DNA of 64,000 bases, from positions 288,001 to 352,000 of the forward strand of contig OY970332.1 of the NCBI GenBank assembly GCA_963717435.1. Reading direction: 5' to 3'. The position numbers and the translations under genes are program-made. This document shows, in pieces, positions 9,401 to 19,843 of this stretch (positions are counted from its first letter, which is position 1; the number at the start of each line of letters is the position of its first letter). Origin of the DNA: an uncultured bacterium (GTDB lineage: Bacteria > Babelota > Babeliae > Babelales > Babelaceae). The notes beneath the pieces are model-generated. The model did no database searches, had not been told where the DNA came from, and worked only from the letters and a program-made list of their open reading frames with translations.

Positions 9401-11107
9401 TATTCAACAATACCTTCATTTGACGTTGCGACAGCAAGCACTTCTTCTATTGTTGTTAAACCAAGAGCAATTTTTCTTATGCCGTCTTGGACCAACAATG
9501 TCATGCCATCTTTGACGGCCTGATTTTGAACTATAGAAGAATCTGCACGATCGACCGTAAGTTTTGCAATATCAGGAGTCATCTGCATAATTTCAAAGAT
9601 AGCTAGTCGCCCTTTATAGCCAGTATTGAGGCAATTTTCACACCCAACGGCTTTATAAAATTTAATAGTTTTTGCCTGTTCTGCAGTTATTCCCAATTTT
9701 GCAAGCGCCTCTGCCTCAGGAGAATAAACTGTTTGCAATCTGGCGCATAGCTTACGCACAAGCCGTTGTGCGCAACACAGCGACGATCGTCGAAGCATTA
9801 AGAACGGTTCAATTCCCATATCAATCAATCGTGTAATGTTGCCGCTGCGCATTATTAGTATGTAAGGTACTCAAAACTAAGTGACCGGTAAGGCTGCTGA
9901 ATAGCAATTTGGGCCGTTTCTTGGTCACGCGTTTCACCAATCATGATAATATCGGGGTCTTGACGCAAAATAGATCTTAATGCTGCTGCAAACGTAAAGC
10001 CATAGCATCTTTTACCTGCACTTGACCGATCCCTGCCATTTGATATTCAACAGGATCTTCAACGGTAACTATATTAACCTCAGGAGAATTAAGCTGATGC
10101 AAAATAGAGTAAAGCGTAGATGTTTTACCAGAACCGGTAGGACCCGTTAACAAAAATATCCCATTTGGTTGCTCAATAGTTTGCTCAATAACCTCATAAT
10201 CTCGCTCACTAAACCCAAGATCTTTCAAGAGCTCCAAATGTTCTTCGTTTTATCAAGCAAACGCATAACAATACGTTCCCCAAAAGCAACTGGAAGACTA
10301 GAAACACGAATATCGATAGGCTTTATCTGCAACCTTGATCTGAATTCTACCATCTTGCGGCAGCCGCTTTTCAGCAATATTCATCTTCGCCATAATTTTT
10401 ATACGGGAAATTAATGCAGCCTGGGAACGTTTTGGTGGAACCATGACGCTGTACATGATACCATCGATTCGATATCGAACATGCAGTTCTTTTTCATAAG
10501 GCTCAATATGAATATCTGACGCACCTCGTTTTACTGCTTGAAACAATATATGATTAACAAGTTTAATTATTGGGGCTTCGCTTGCCATGCCAAGAATATC
10601 TTCTTCGGCAATTTCACCCAAATCTAACCCCTCGTCGATCTTTTCTTCAGCAAGTTCTTCAATAACCTGTTTTGTTCCCTCAAGCGGGTAAAATCGGTTT
10701 ATAGCATCTATAATATTTGCACGCGTTGCGACAGCAATTTTAGTGTCGCCACCAAAAACCAACCCCAATTCGTCTATGGGCTGCAAATTATTAGGATTGT
10801 TTGTCACAAGAACTATCTTGCCGTCAATATAAACGGGTATAATAAGATTTTCCCGTAAAAACTTTAACGGTATTTTGGCAAGTAATTCTGGATCAGCCAT
10901 CTTGTCGGTAATTTTTTCTATAATCTCTATCTGGAACTTTTGTGCCATCGCCTCGACCAAAACTTGGTCAGTTATTAGGTCATTTTGGCGCACATAATCC
11001 ACAAAATCGATATTTTGTTGAGCACTTTGAGCTTCATATTCTTGTAGTTGCTCTTGAGTTAGGGCACCCTTGCTTAATAGAATCTGCCCAATAGTTTCTT
11101 TCAACAT
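9400..11107 (-). CDS. gspE: GspE/PilB secretion ATPase, multiply frameshifted in this sequence
   Basis: Fragments: [23 protein letters not shown], Walker [62 protein letters not shown]. Confidence 0.9.
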
Positions 11108-11275
11108 ATAAATCTCCGCAAAATTAAAACAGGCTATAGGGGTCAAGATACCATAATTTGAATAAAAAAAGTAATATCTGGAATAAGCGCTTGATACCTG
11201 GCAACCCCTATGTTAAATTTAGAATATACAAAGAGAGCCCAAAGAAGCTAATACAAAAACAAAAATTGGAAATCT

Positions 11276-12121
11276 ATGCTAAACAAACTACTGAAAATCA
11301 CAAGCTTAATATCTCTTGTCCTGTTAAGCTCCTGCGCATTTAAAAAAGATGCTAAAAAAGATACTGCTTCTAAGCCAAGCTTATCTATGCCCAAAGAGGC
11401 AAAAAAGAAAATCGAGTCTATGACCACAGAAGAGGCCATAATCTCAAAAGATTATTTTGCCCAAGTAGATAGATTTGAGACGGCAATAAAATGCGGCGAG
11501 AGATTTTTGGCAAAATCTTCTGATCAACAAGCCTGCGCCGGCGTCTGCTTAGATTTAATCGATTACTGCATAAAATGCGAAAATTATGAAAAAGCTGAAA
11601 AATACGCAACTGAGTATAAAAATTTATACCCGGGGAGTACAAAGTTGCAGGACGCATGTTTTAAAGAAATAGAGGCATCGCTTGCCCAAATAAGCGACTG
11701 TGAAAGGGATCAGTCAAAAACCAAGCAAACAATAGAAATAGCAAAAGAGTTTATAAATAATTTCCCAAATTCAGAGCATATAGAAAAAGTTAACGAAGCG
11801 CTTAAAATCTGCTACGAAACACTCTTTGAAAGCGAACGTGGAATAATCGAGTCCTATTTGAAAAAGCACGATCTTACAAAAACAGAGTTTCCATTAAAAG
11901 CTGCCGAGCTTAGAATCGCAAGCTTAAAAGAAGGGCTATTCGAAAATGTAGAAAGTGGCGCTGCCCGTGTTCTTGATTTGGAAATCAGGCTTGCGCAGGT
12001 TCAGAAAAAAGATCAAATTGTAAACTCTAAGTTGCAAGAACTTAGCACCAATTTTCCTGAATTTGCGGCACAACGCTCTGTAGTTGCGCAAAAAGCCAGA
12101 CGCCCTTATATACGGTTTTAA
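11276..12121 (+). CDS. BamD-like TPR outer-membrane assembly lipoprotein
   Basis: Lipobox LSS|C; TPR-like helices; YPGS, RDQSKT, FPNSE motifs. Confidence 0.6.
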   Translation: MLNKLLKITSLISLVLLSSCAFKKDAKKDTASKPSLSMPKEAKKKIESMTTEEAIISKDYFAQVDRFETAIKCGERFLAKSSDQQACAGVCLDLIDYCIKCENYEKAEKYATEYKNLYPGSTKLQDACFKEIEASLAQISDCERDQSKTKQTIEIAKEFINNFPNSEHIEKVNEALKICYETLFESERGIIESYLKKHDLTKTEFPLKAAELRIASLKEGLFENVESGAARVLDLEIRLAQVQKKDQIVNSKLQELSTNFPEFAAQRSVVAQKARRPYIRF

Positions 12122-12124
12122 AAT

Positions 12125-12520
12125 ATGACAATAACAAAATCTGCTGAAACTCGAATTACACTGGGCAAGCATGGCGAGTCACTAGTGGGCCATTATCTAG
12201 AAAAAATGGGATTCAAAATTTTGCATTATAATTATAAGCAAAAGTTTGGTGAGGTTGACATAATAGCCAAAAAAGAAGAGGTTCTCGCGTTTGTTGAGGT
12301 AAAGTTAAGAACCAACCCTCTATTTTCGATGTCAGATTTAATTAACAGAAGTAAAAAAGACAAAATTATCAAAACAGCGAAGCACTATATAGCCAATAAC
12401 AGCTTTGTCGATACTGTTTTTAGATTTGATGTCGCATTTGTTCATGAAGTAGAAAATAATGGCAATCTAGATTACGAAATCGAATATTTGCAAAATGCGT
12501 TTGCCCCATATGATATTTAA
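12125..12520 (+). CDS. yraN: YraN-family putative endonuclease
   Basis: G..GE; GEVDIIA; FVEVK.R; RFDV. Confidence 0.92.
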   Translation: MTITKSAETRITLGKHGESLVGHYLEKMGFKILHYNYKQKFGEVDIIAKKEEVLAFVEVKLRTNPLFSMSDLINRSKKDKIIKTAKHYIANNSFVDTVFRFDVAFVHEVENNGNLDYEIEYLQNAFAPYDI

Positions 12521-12552
12521 AATAATTACATCGAGCTCGCACAACGAAGATA

Positions 12553-12608
12553 CCCGCTCATCCCGAGTGTTCTTCGTAGCTTTAGCGAAGAAGAATGTAT
12601 CGAGGGAT
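12553..12608. repeat. Structured palindromic repeat, copy 4 (reverse orientation), abutting the cdsA start
   Basis: CCG-CTCA-TCCC-GAGTG-[hairpin]-GTATCGA-GGGA. Confidence 0.9.
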
Positions 12609-13276
12609 TGAGCGTGAATAATTTAGCAAAGAGAATAACAACGGCAGTGATACTTGGCCCAATTTTTTTGGGCATTATGCTTTTTGCTCCCGCCATAATT
12701 TTTTCATACCTGCTTGCTCTTATTCTTGCGGCGATTTTAATATTCGAGTGGCCCAAGTTGTTCCCAAATAATTTTTTACTAGCCACATTAATTTCTCCAA
12801 TTTACCCCATACTCCCGTTTATATTATTAATTATTCTTAACCAGTCGGGCCCAGATTATAGACCAGTTATATTTTTAATATTCTTTGCAGTATTTGCATT
12901 CGATTCCGGTTCATATTTTGCGGGAAATCTTTTTGGAAAAACTAAAATTTTGCCACAAGTTAGCCCAGGAAAAAGTTGGGAGGGGTTTATCGGCGGAGCC
13001 TCAAGCTGCTATTTAACAGTATTAATTTTTTTTAATTATTCAAAAATTATAAATTTATTTAAATTTTCTCACCAAAATCTACAGCCAAAATTATTACTAA
13101 TCTCGCTAATAATTTCTATACTTGCGCTTATCGGCGATCTATTTGAATCTTATCTTAAACGCAGAGTAAATCTTAAAGACTCTGGCGACATTCTGCCTGG
13201 GCACGGCGGGCTACTTGATCGCTTTGACGCAGTTATGTTCGTTGCATATTTAATTATTTTTTTAAAATTTATTTAA
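12608..13276 (+). CDS. cdsA: Phosphatidate cytidylyltransferase (start uncertain)
   Basis: DSGSYFAG..FGK, VSPGKSWEG, GDLFESYLKR..NLKDSG.ILPGHGGLLDRFD. Confidence 0.95.
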   Translation: MSVNNLAKRITTAVILGPIFLGIMLFAPAIIFSYLLALILAAILIFEWPKLFPNNFLLATLISPIYPILPFILLIILNQSGPDYRPVIFLIFFAVFAFDSGSYFAGNLFGKTKILPQVSPGKSWEGFIGGASSCYLTVLIFFNYSKIINLFKFSHQNLQPKLLLISLIISILALIGDLFESYLKRRVNLKDSGDILPGHGGLLDRFDAVMFVAYLIIFLKFI

Positions 13277-14087
13277 AGTAAACATTTTCTAATTCCGGAT
13301 TCAAAAACAATACTGCCGTAGAAACATTAGAAAATGTATGCAAAAACTTATCACATCTTGATAACAAAACAGCTTCTATCAAAACTTCTTCGCCCTTAAG
13401 GGCTCTGTCACCACCCATTAGATGAATAGGATTACCTGTTGTTGATCTATGACTGTTATAATAAATTACTCGGCCATGAAGCTTTTTCTTGGCCATATCA
13501 AGAAGATATTGCTCATCAGTTGCAACCAGAAATTGATATCCGGAGAAACTATTTGCGTAATCAAAGATTATATTTAGATCAGTGGGAGCAACTTCAATTT
13601 TTTTATCGGTCCCCCTTAAATGTATCCCTATAGTTTTTTTACCTAACATTCCCATGTTATAAAAATTTTCTATTTTCTTTAATATATTGGGCTTAATTTT
13701 AATATATTTTTTTATAATCGCATTAACCCGCAGTCTCTCGAGCTTATCGGGATTTTCAGCTTGGACTACGCAACAGTTATCGGGAGGATAAAATGCGTAA
13801 AATATTTTCTCGCCTGGAAAGTATTTAAATTTATTAATGGGCTCAAAATAATATTCCCAACAGTTTTGGCTGCCATTATAGCCATTTTTTTGATAATAAA
13901 GACAATAATTCTTACTCCAATAAATCGCCAATTGCTGCCTATTTTTTTCTGCCCAATCTAGATGGTTTATGACATCAAAAACGCAAGAGAATAAACCTGC
14001 TGATCTGCACCCTAAAACATATTTACTGTGAATATTATAAGAAGAACTTAAATATATAATAAATAATAGTTTTTTATTAAAAAACAT
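13269..14087 (-). CDS. NodZ/GT23-like alpha-1,6-fucosyltransferase, signal peptide
   Basis: AGLFS, WEYYFEP, IGIHLRGTDK, FLVATDE, SNVS. Confidence 0.7.
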   Translation of the reverse strand: MFFNKKLLFIIYLSSSYNIHSKYVLGCRSAGLFSCVFDVINHLDWAEKNRQQLAIYWSKNYCLYYQKNGYNGSQNCWEYYFEPINKFKYFPGEKIFYAFYPPDNCCVVQAENPDKLERLRVNAIIKKYIKIKPNILKKIENFYNMGMLGKKTIGIHLRGTDKKIEVAPTDLNIIFDYANSFSGYQFLVATDEQYLLDMAKKKLHGRVIYYNSHRSTTGNPIHLMGGDRALKGEEVLIEAVLLSRCDKFLHTFSNVSTAVLFLNPELENVYFK

Positions 14088-14208
14088 AATATTGCCCCTA
14101 TTTTCATGTCCCCAATAAGTAGTTTAAATTTGACTAAACTAAGATAAAAATAATATTATTGCATCAAAATTTACAACGGTTTAAACAAAAAAAAGTTGAG
14201 CAGATTAC

Positions 14209-15183
14209 ATGAAGAAATCTCTATTATTAGCTATATCTCTAATATCAGTTGTTCAAATTCAAAGCAAAAAAGTTGTCCTACTGCCATTTTCTTACATGCA
14301 AGACGAAAGAAGCTTTTTCCAAAAAAATACCCTCTGGGATAAGCTTAAAATAAGATTAAAAGAAAAAAGGGGCCTGGATTTAAGATTATATTCCGCATGT
14401 AGGGGCGAGATTTACCCGGATGACATAATAGTGTCGTTTAATGTTCATGATCCAAGTCTGAGTCTAATAAGAGTATATCCTGAAGCCAAACACGTTTTAT
14501 ATATTTTTGAGCCACCGACAGTTGATCAAAGAAGCCATGACAAAAATTATCATAGACACTTTCAAAAGATTTTCACATGGCGCGATGATTTTGTAGATAA
14601 TACAAGATATTTCAAGTTTTACTTGCCCATGATAGTAAATCTACCAGATACACTCATGAATTTTAATCAACGCAAATTCTGCTGCACAGTACTTGCCAAC
14701 AAGCACTCTTCTTATCCACTGGAAATATACACCGAACGCAGATCGATAATTAATTTTTTTGATAAAAATTATAATAGTGATTTTGATCTTTATGGCCAGG
14801 GCTGGTCAAATAACGAATTTTCTTGCTACCGCGGCGCTCCCCAAAACAAAGATGCGACAATAAAGCAATACAAATTCTGCGTATGCTATGAAAACACAAA
14901 AAATATTCCTGGTTATGTAACTGAAAAAATGTTTGAGTGCCTATCATCAGGGACAGTGCCCATATATCTGGGTGCCCCGAACGTGGAACAATATGTGCCC
15001 AAAAACTGCTTTATTGATAGAAGAGATTTTGCTTCGAATCAAGAAATGTACGACTATTTAAAAAATATGCCAGAAGAAACTTATAATAATATTATCGATA
15101 ATATTATTAACTATTTAAAAACTGATAAAGCTAAGCTTTATTCTTGGGAGAACTTTATAGATATTTTTGTTGAGGGAATTTGA
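14209..15183 (+). CDS. GT10 alpha-1,3-fucosyltransferase-like, signal peptide
   Basis: YKFCVCYEN...GYVTEKMFECL.SGTVPIYLGAPN. Confidence 0.85.
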   Translation: MKKSLLLAISLISVVQIQSKKVVLLPFSYMQDERSFFQKNTLWDKLKIRLKEKRGLDLRLYSACRGEIYPDDIIVSFNVHDPSLSLIRVYPEAKHVLYIFEPPTVDQRSHDKNYHRHFQKIFTWRDDFVDNTRYFKFYLPMIVNLPDTLMNFNQRKFCCTVLANKHSSYPLEIYTERRSIINFFDKNYNSDFDLYGQGWSNNEFSCYRGAPQNKDATIKQYKFCVCYENTKNIPGYVTEKMFECLSSGTVPIYLGAPNVEQYVPKNCFIDRRDFASNQEMYDYLKNMPEETYNNIIDNIINYLKTDKAKLYSWENFIDIFVEGI

Positions 15184-15230
15184 AACCGATAAATTTTAAT
15201 TTAAAAGTATAAAAAAGTGAGAAAATAATC

Positions 15231-15932
15231 ATGAAGTATAAATACTTACTGCTGTTAATATTATTAAATACAAGAATCTGCTCTGCCAATTTTTATAGCC
15301 AAGTTGGACAAGATAAATATGTTTATGAAACTTTTTTCAAAAATAAAACTATCGGAACATTTATTGATATAGGAGCGCATGATGGCGAAACTTACAGTAA
15401 TAGCAAGTTCTTTGAAGATTTAGGGTGGAACGGGGTTTGCGTAGAACCGTTACCAGAAAAATATGAAAAATTGGAAAAAATAAGAAAATGCAAAACTATT
15501 AATGCTTGCGTTGCGCCGGCAACTGGGAATGTAAAATTTATAAAGGCTATAGGTGCAAATGGTTATTGTCTTGAAATGCTGAGCGGCATGCTGGATACTT
15601 ATGATCCTAGACACCTAAGTAGACTTAGAGCTGAAATTCATAATCATGGCGGAACTTATGAAGTTGTCGATGTTCGAGCTAAAAATATAAATGAAATTTT
15701 GGATGAAGCGAATATCAATCACGTTGACTATTTAACACTTGATACAGAAGGAGGCGAACTGGAAATATTAAAGACTTTAGATTTTTCAAAATATTATATT
15801 TATATAATAGATGTAGAAAATAATTATCAGGACCCACACATAAAAAACTTTCTACAAGAAAAAGGGTTCCTCCATATTCATACAATGCTAATGGATGAAA
15901 TATACGTAAATACAAAATCACCAACAAATTAA
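15231..15932 (+). CDS. FkbM-family methyltransferase, signal peptide
   Basis: YSQVGQD, FIDIGAHDG..SN, GWNGVCVEP, LDTEGGE. Confidence 0.9.
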   Translation: MKYKYLLLLILLNTRICSANFYSQVGQDKYVYETFFKNKTIGTFIDIGAHDGETYSNSKFFEDLGWNGVCVEPLPEKYEKLEKIRKCKTINACVAPATGNVKFIKAIGANGYCLEMLSGMLDTYDPRHLSRLRAEIHNHGGTYEVVDVRAKNINEILDEANINHVDYLTLDTEGGELEILKTLDFSKYYIYIIDVENNYQDPHIKNFLQEKGFLHIHTMLMDEIYVNTKSPTN

Positions 15933-15980
15933 ATTTATGAAGATTTAAGAAATTACAATCAAGAAACTTAAATTTGATGA

Positions 15981-16823
15981 TTAATTATTCTTTCTCCAAT
16001 AAACCCCAAAACCGTCAATATTATAAATGACATCTTTGATATTATGCATTGCACGATAATCATTAACAGCTTTAACGCAACATGGCATATTAAAATCATC
16101 AATGATTACAAAACCTCCAATTGATAATTTAGGGTATAAATTTTTTAAGGCATCCATTGTGGATTCATACAAGTCTCCATCTAATCGCAACAAAGAGATT
16201 TTGTCCATCGGTGCTTTTGGCAATGTATCTTTAAACCAGCCCTTTAAAAAAATAACTTTATCATCTAAAAGACCGTATCTTCGAAAATTTTCTTTAACGT
16301 CTTCTAGTGATACTGCTAAAAATTTTTGTCTATCTAAATCCATGCCTTTATCTTCCGGATAATCTGTCACATTAGGCGCTGGCAGCCCTTCGAATGAATC
16401 AGCAACAAAAACTCGTCTTTTGGAGTCTCGATATATCTTTAGAGCACCTCTCATTAATATAGTTGCTCCGCCTCTCCATACCCCAGTTTCAATTAAATCC
16501 CCCTCAATATCATCTTTTAGAATGGTTTCAATACAATTTTGAATATTTGTTAGTCTGTGCCATCCAATCATAGTATGACCTGTCAGGGGCCAATCTTTCC
16601 CGCCTAATCTTTTTTCCAAATTAAAATTAATTATGGTAAATGAATTGCAGCTGCCTTCTGCAGAATCCGTTTGATAAATTATATTCAACAATGATCTTTT
16701 AAGTAAATCTAAATAGGACGATTCAGGAGTTTGGGGTTGTTCAAAAGGTAAAGTATCTGAATATGCCAGAAGCGAATAATTAAACAAAAAAGCTATTAAT
16801 AAAAAAAAATTAATTAATTTCAT
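15981..16823 (-). CDS. TylF/MycF/NovP-family sugar O-methyltransferase, signal peptide
   Basis: TMIG..RL, GDLIETGVWRGG, DSFEGLP, GWFKDTLP, LRLDGDLYEST, IIDD. Confidence 0.93.
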   Translation of the reverse strand: MKLINFFLLIAFLFNYSLLAYSDTLPFEQPQTPESSYLDLLKRSLLNIIYQTDSAEGSCNSFTIINFNLEKRLGGKDWPLTGHTMIGWHRLTNIQNCIETILKDDIEGDLIETGVWRGGATILMRGALKIYRDSKRRVFVADSFEGLPAPNVTDYPEDKGMDLDRQKFLAVSLEDVKENFRRYGLLDDKVIFLKGWFKDTLPKAPMDKISLLRLDGDLYESTMDALKNLYPKLSIGGFVIIDDFNMPCCVKAVNDYRAMHNIKDVIYNIDGFGVYWRKNN

Positions 16824-16927
16824 CTGATTCCTCTTTTATTAAAAAATTGTAGCTTTAAAAATATTAAATATACAATAGTTGTCAAATTAAAAATTATTTA
16901 AAAATATTTTTTAATCACCAAGTAGAA

Positions 16928-17596
16928 TTACCAATATGTTATCTGTGTTACACCTGTTCCAAATATATTAGCTTCAAGATTTAGATTATCAAATTTCTTA
17001 ATTTTTACTTTTGTTGAAATTGAATTAATAAATTGTGCCACCTCATATTCTATGTTTATTTGAAGCCTCTCCATGTGTTCAAGGTCCAATTTATTAAACA
17101 TCTCTTTAAAATATTTAGCTCGCATGGCAAAACAACCTGTGAAAACTTGCCCTATCGAATCCAATTTTATAAAAATATCGCTTTCTGGATCAGCTTCTAT
17201 TGATCTAATAAAATAATCATTAAGAAATTTATATCTTGCTGTAATTTTTAAAATAATATCATCATCATTAAAATTAAAATTGTCCAAAGCTAAAATAATG
17301 GATTTTGCTTCATTAATTCCCTTATTTTTTAAATTGAAATTATTAGATTTAGAATAAAATATATTTGTGGACAATTCATCTAGAAACGTGGGACTGGAAG
17401 AGCAAGATTCTACAATAAATGGTTCATAACCATATTTTTTTATAATATTAATACCAAATATATATTCTTGTTTGCGCATTTCGAATTGATTAGAAATTAA
17501 AGCTGCTGTAGCTAAAATCTTAAGACTCGCCATAATATTTGCTTCAATTGAACAAAAAAGTAAAAGTCTTATAACTAAAGTTAAATTAATTTTCAA
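16928..17596 (-). CDS. Hypothetical secreted protein, possibly glycosyltransferase-related
   Basis: Signal-like N-terminus; NKGINE, LKITARY; located inside the glycan island. Confidence 0.55.
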   Translation of the reverse strand: MKINLTLVIRLLLFCSIEANIMASLKILATAALISNQFEMRKQEYIFGINIIKKYGYEPFIVESCSSSPTFLDELSTNIFYSKSNNFNLKNKGINEAKSIILALDNFNFNDDDIILKITARYKFLNDYFIRSIEADPESDIFIKLDSIGQVFTGCFAMRAKYFKEMFNKLDLEHMERLQINIEYEVAQFINSISTKVKIKKFDNLNLEANIFGTGVTQITYW

Positions 17597-17738
17597 ATGA
17601 TCCCCTTCGAATTTAAAATAAACTCATAATAAAATTATTAATTAAAATCTTGTTACTAAATAAATTACTTGACAGTAGAAGATATGTAAAATTAAATTAT
17701 TTTTTATAAGATATTTATTAAAAAAAGGGAGAATCATA

Positions 17739-18962
17739 ATGGGAATTAAAAATTATTTTATTTTTATAAAATTTATCAATTTAAAAAATAATTTTTTTAT
17801 TATAAGAATATTATTTTTATTTTTATTAAATGTTAATTTTATAACTATTTTTTCACAAGGAAATAAAATTATTGACATTAATAGATTATCTAATGAATGG
17901 CCAACTGCTTCTATTGATAAACAAGAAGCTTTGCTTACAGAATACTTAAATTATGCTCTTCAACCAAGTGCACCAAATAGACATACTGCTTTAGAACGTC
18001 TTAGACAACTTCAAAGTGTTGTAAAAAAATTTGGATTTAATACACAAAATTCATCGCTTAAACAGACACTTGAAACTATAGTTAACCAAGAAGTTATTTT
18101 AGTTGATGCGGCTATTGGAATGAATATTCCAAATTGGTGCGGTACTATTTCAACGAGTTATTTAACTGGGGACAATATTGCTTTTTTATGTAAGCATAGG
18201 ACATTCAAGGTTAATGGATATTCATCATTTTTTTATAATTTTGATCCTGATAACGTTAAATATGGTGATACAGTATTTGTGGTTACAAATTATTTAGATC
18301 TTTTTTTTGATGTGTATCATAAACAAATTAAAGAATCGTATGTTTTAGTAACAGATAATTCGGATTCTCCTGTACCAGCAAAATTTTCAAATTTTTTAGA
18401 AGATGAAAAAATTTTAGCTTGGTTTTGCATAAATCCTGATGAAACAAAGCATGAAAAATTGAATTATATTCCATTGGGAATCAAAAACCATGGTTATGGC
18501 GGAGAAGAACCAAACTTTATGGATAAAATGTTGGGATATAAAGGTCTTTCTAAAAACTATCTTCTATATATAAATTTTAATTTAAACCATCAAGATCGCC
18601 ATGATGCAATTCATTTTTTCAAAGATAAAGCATGGGCAACGAAAACTTCTAGAAAAAGCCCACATGAATTTTTTAAAGACATAGCACAATCAAAATTTGT
18701 CCTGAGTCCACGTGGATGCGGTCTTGATTGCTGGAGAACATGGGAAATATTATTATTAGGTAGTATTCCGATAGTAAAACATTCACCATTAGATAAACTA
18801 TTTGAGGAGTTCCCCGTTTTGATCGTTAATAATTGGGATGAAATTACGCCAGAATTTTTAGAAATAAAATATAAAGAGATATCCGAAAAGACTTTTGACT
18901 ATAATAAATTATTTGCTGAATATTGGGGAAGAAGAATTAATTCTTTATTTAAGAATAATTAA
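17739..18962 (+). CDS. Exostosin/GT47-like glycosyltransferase with extra N-terminal region
   Basis: IPLG, KFVLSPRGCGLDCWRTWEILLLGSIPIV. Confidence 0.7.
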   Translation: MGIKNYFIFIKFINLKNNFFIIRILFLFLLNVNFITIFSQGNKIIDINRLSNEWPTASIDKQEALLTEYLNYALQPSAPNRHTALERLRQLQSVVKKFGFNTQNSSLKQTLETIVNQEVILVDAAIGMNIPNWCGTISTSYLTGDNIAFLCKHRTFKVNGYSSFFYNFDPDNVKYGDTVFVVTNYLDLFFDVYHKQIKESYVLVTDNSDSPVPAKFSNFLEDEKILAWFCINPDETKHEKLNYIPLGIKNHGYGGEEPNFMDKMLGYKGLSKNYLLYINFNLNHQDRHDAIHFFKDKAWATKTSRKSPHEFFKDIAQSKFVLSPRGCGLDCWRTWEILLLGSIPIVKHSPLDKLFEEFPVLIVNNWDEITPEFLEIKYKEISEKTFDYNKLFAEYWGRRINSLFKNN

Positions 18963-19051
18963 TATTATAAAAAGTTAGTTTTTTTAATTCTTGACAACGA
19001 AATATATATTAAATAATGATAGAATAAAATATTATTAAAAAAGGAAAAAAC

Positions 19052-19756
19052 ATGAATTTTAAAAAATATTTAGTTTTTTGTTTTATAACTTCAATATATT
19101 CAGCAGAAAAAGTATCTTTAGAAGAACAGAATTTAATTAACCATGTGAAATTAAGCATATCAAAAGCAGAACAACATGATTCTAAATTATCTGGCGGAGT
19201 AATTGATGTTTATGGAATGACCAGTTTAAAAGTTAAATGTTTGCTAAATAATATTTGTTCATTAAGGGATTCAACTTATTTAGAAATTGGAGTTCATAAA
19301 GGCGGGACATTTACAGCAGCATTGTTTAATAATAAGAATAGTTTAATTGAAGCAACTGCTATAGATAATTGGTCGCAATTCGGTGGGCCAGCCGAAGAAT
19401 TCAAAGAAAATTGTTCAAAATTTATATCAGATATTGCATTTAAAGTTTGCAATGAAGATTGCTTCAAAATAAACAGAGAAAATTTTCTAAAATATCCTAT
19501 TAAAATTTATTTTTATGATGGAGATCATACTGAAGAAGCGCAATATCAGGCCTTTACATATTATGATTCACTCTTTGCAGACAGCTTTATAGCCATAGTT
19601 GATGATTGGAATTGGTCGTCAGTAAAAATTGGTACTAAAAAAGCATTTGAAAATTTGGGCTATAGTGTCCTTTACGAACAAGAATTGCCAGCAAAGTTTA
19701 ATGGAGATAAAGACCTATGGTGGCACGGCATATATATCGCTGTAATTCGTAAATAA
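19052..19756 (+). CDS. Class I SAM methyltransferase (Methyltransf_24-like), signal peptide
   Basis: YLEIGVHKG, AIDNWS, FYDGDH, IVDDWNW. Confidence 0.8.
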   Translation: MNFKKYLVFCFITSIYSAEKVSLEEQNLINHVKLSISKAEQHDSKLSGGVIDVYGMTSLKVKCLLNNICSLRDSTYLEIGVHKGGTFTAALFNNKNSLIEATAIDNWSQFGGPAEEFKENCSKFISDIAFKVCNEDCFKINRENFLKYPIKIYFYDGDHTEEAQYQAFTYYDSLFADSFIAIVDDWNWSSVKIGTKKAFENLGYSVLYEQELPAKFNGDKDLWWHGIYIAVIRK

Positions 19757-19843
19757 ATTATCTATACTTTTGAGCTTATTTGCATAAAAAATAACAGACC
19801 AATTTTTTGAATAATTTTATTTTGTGATTTTTGTAAAATAAAA

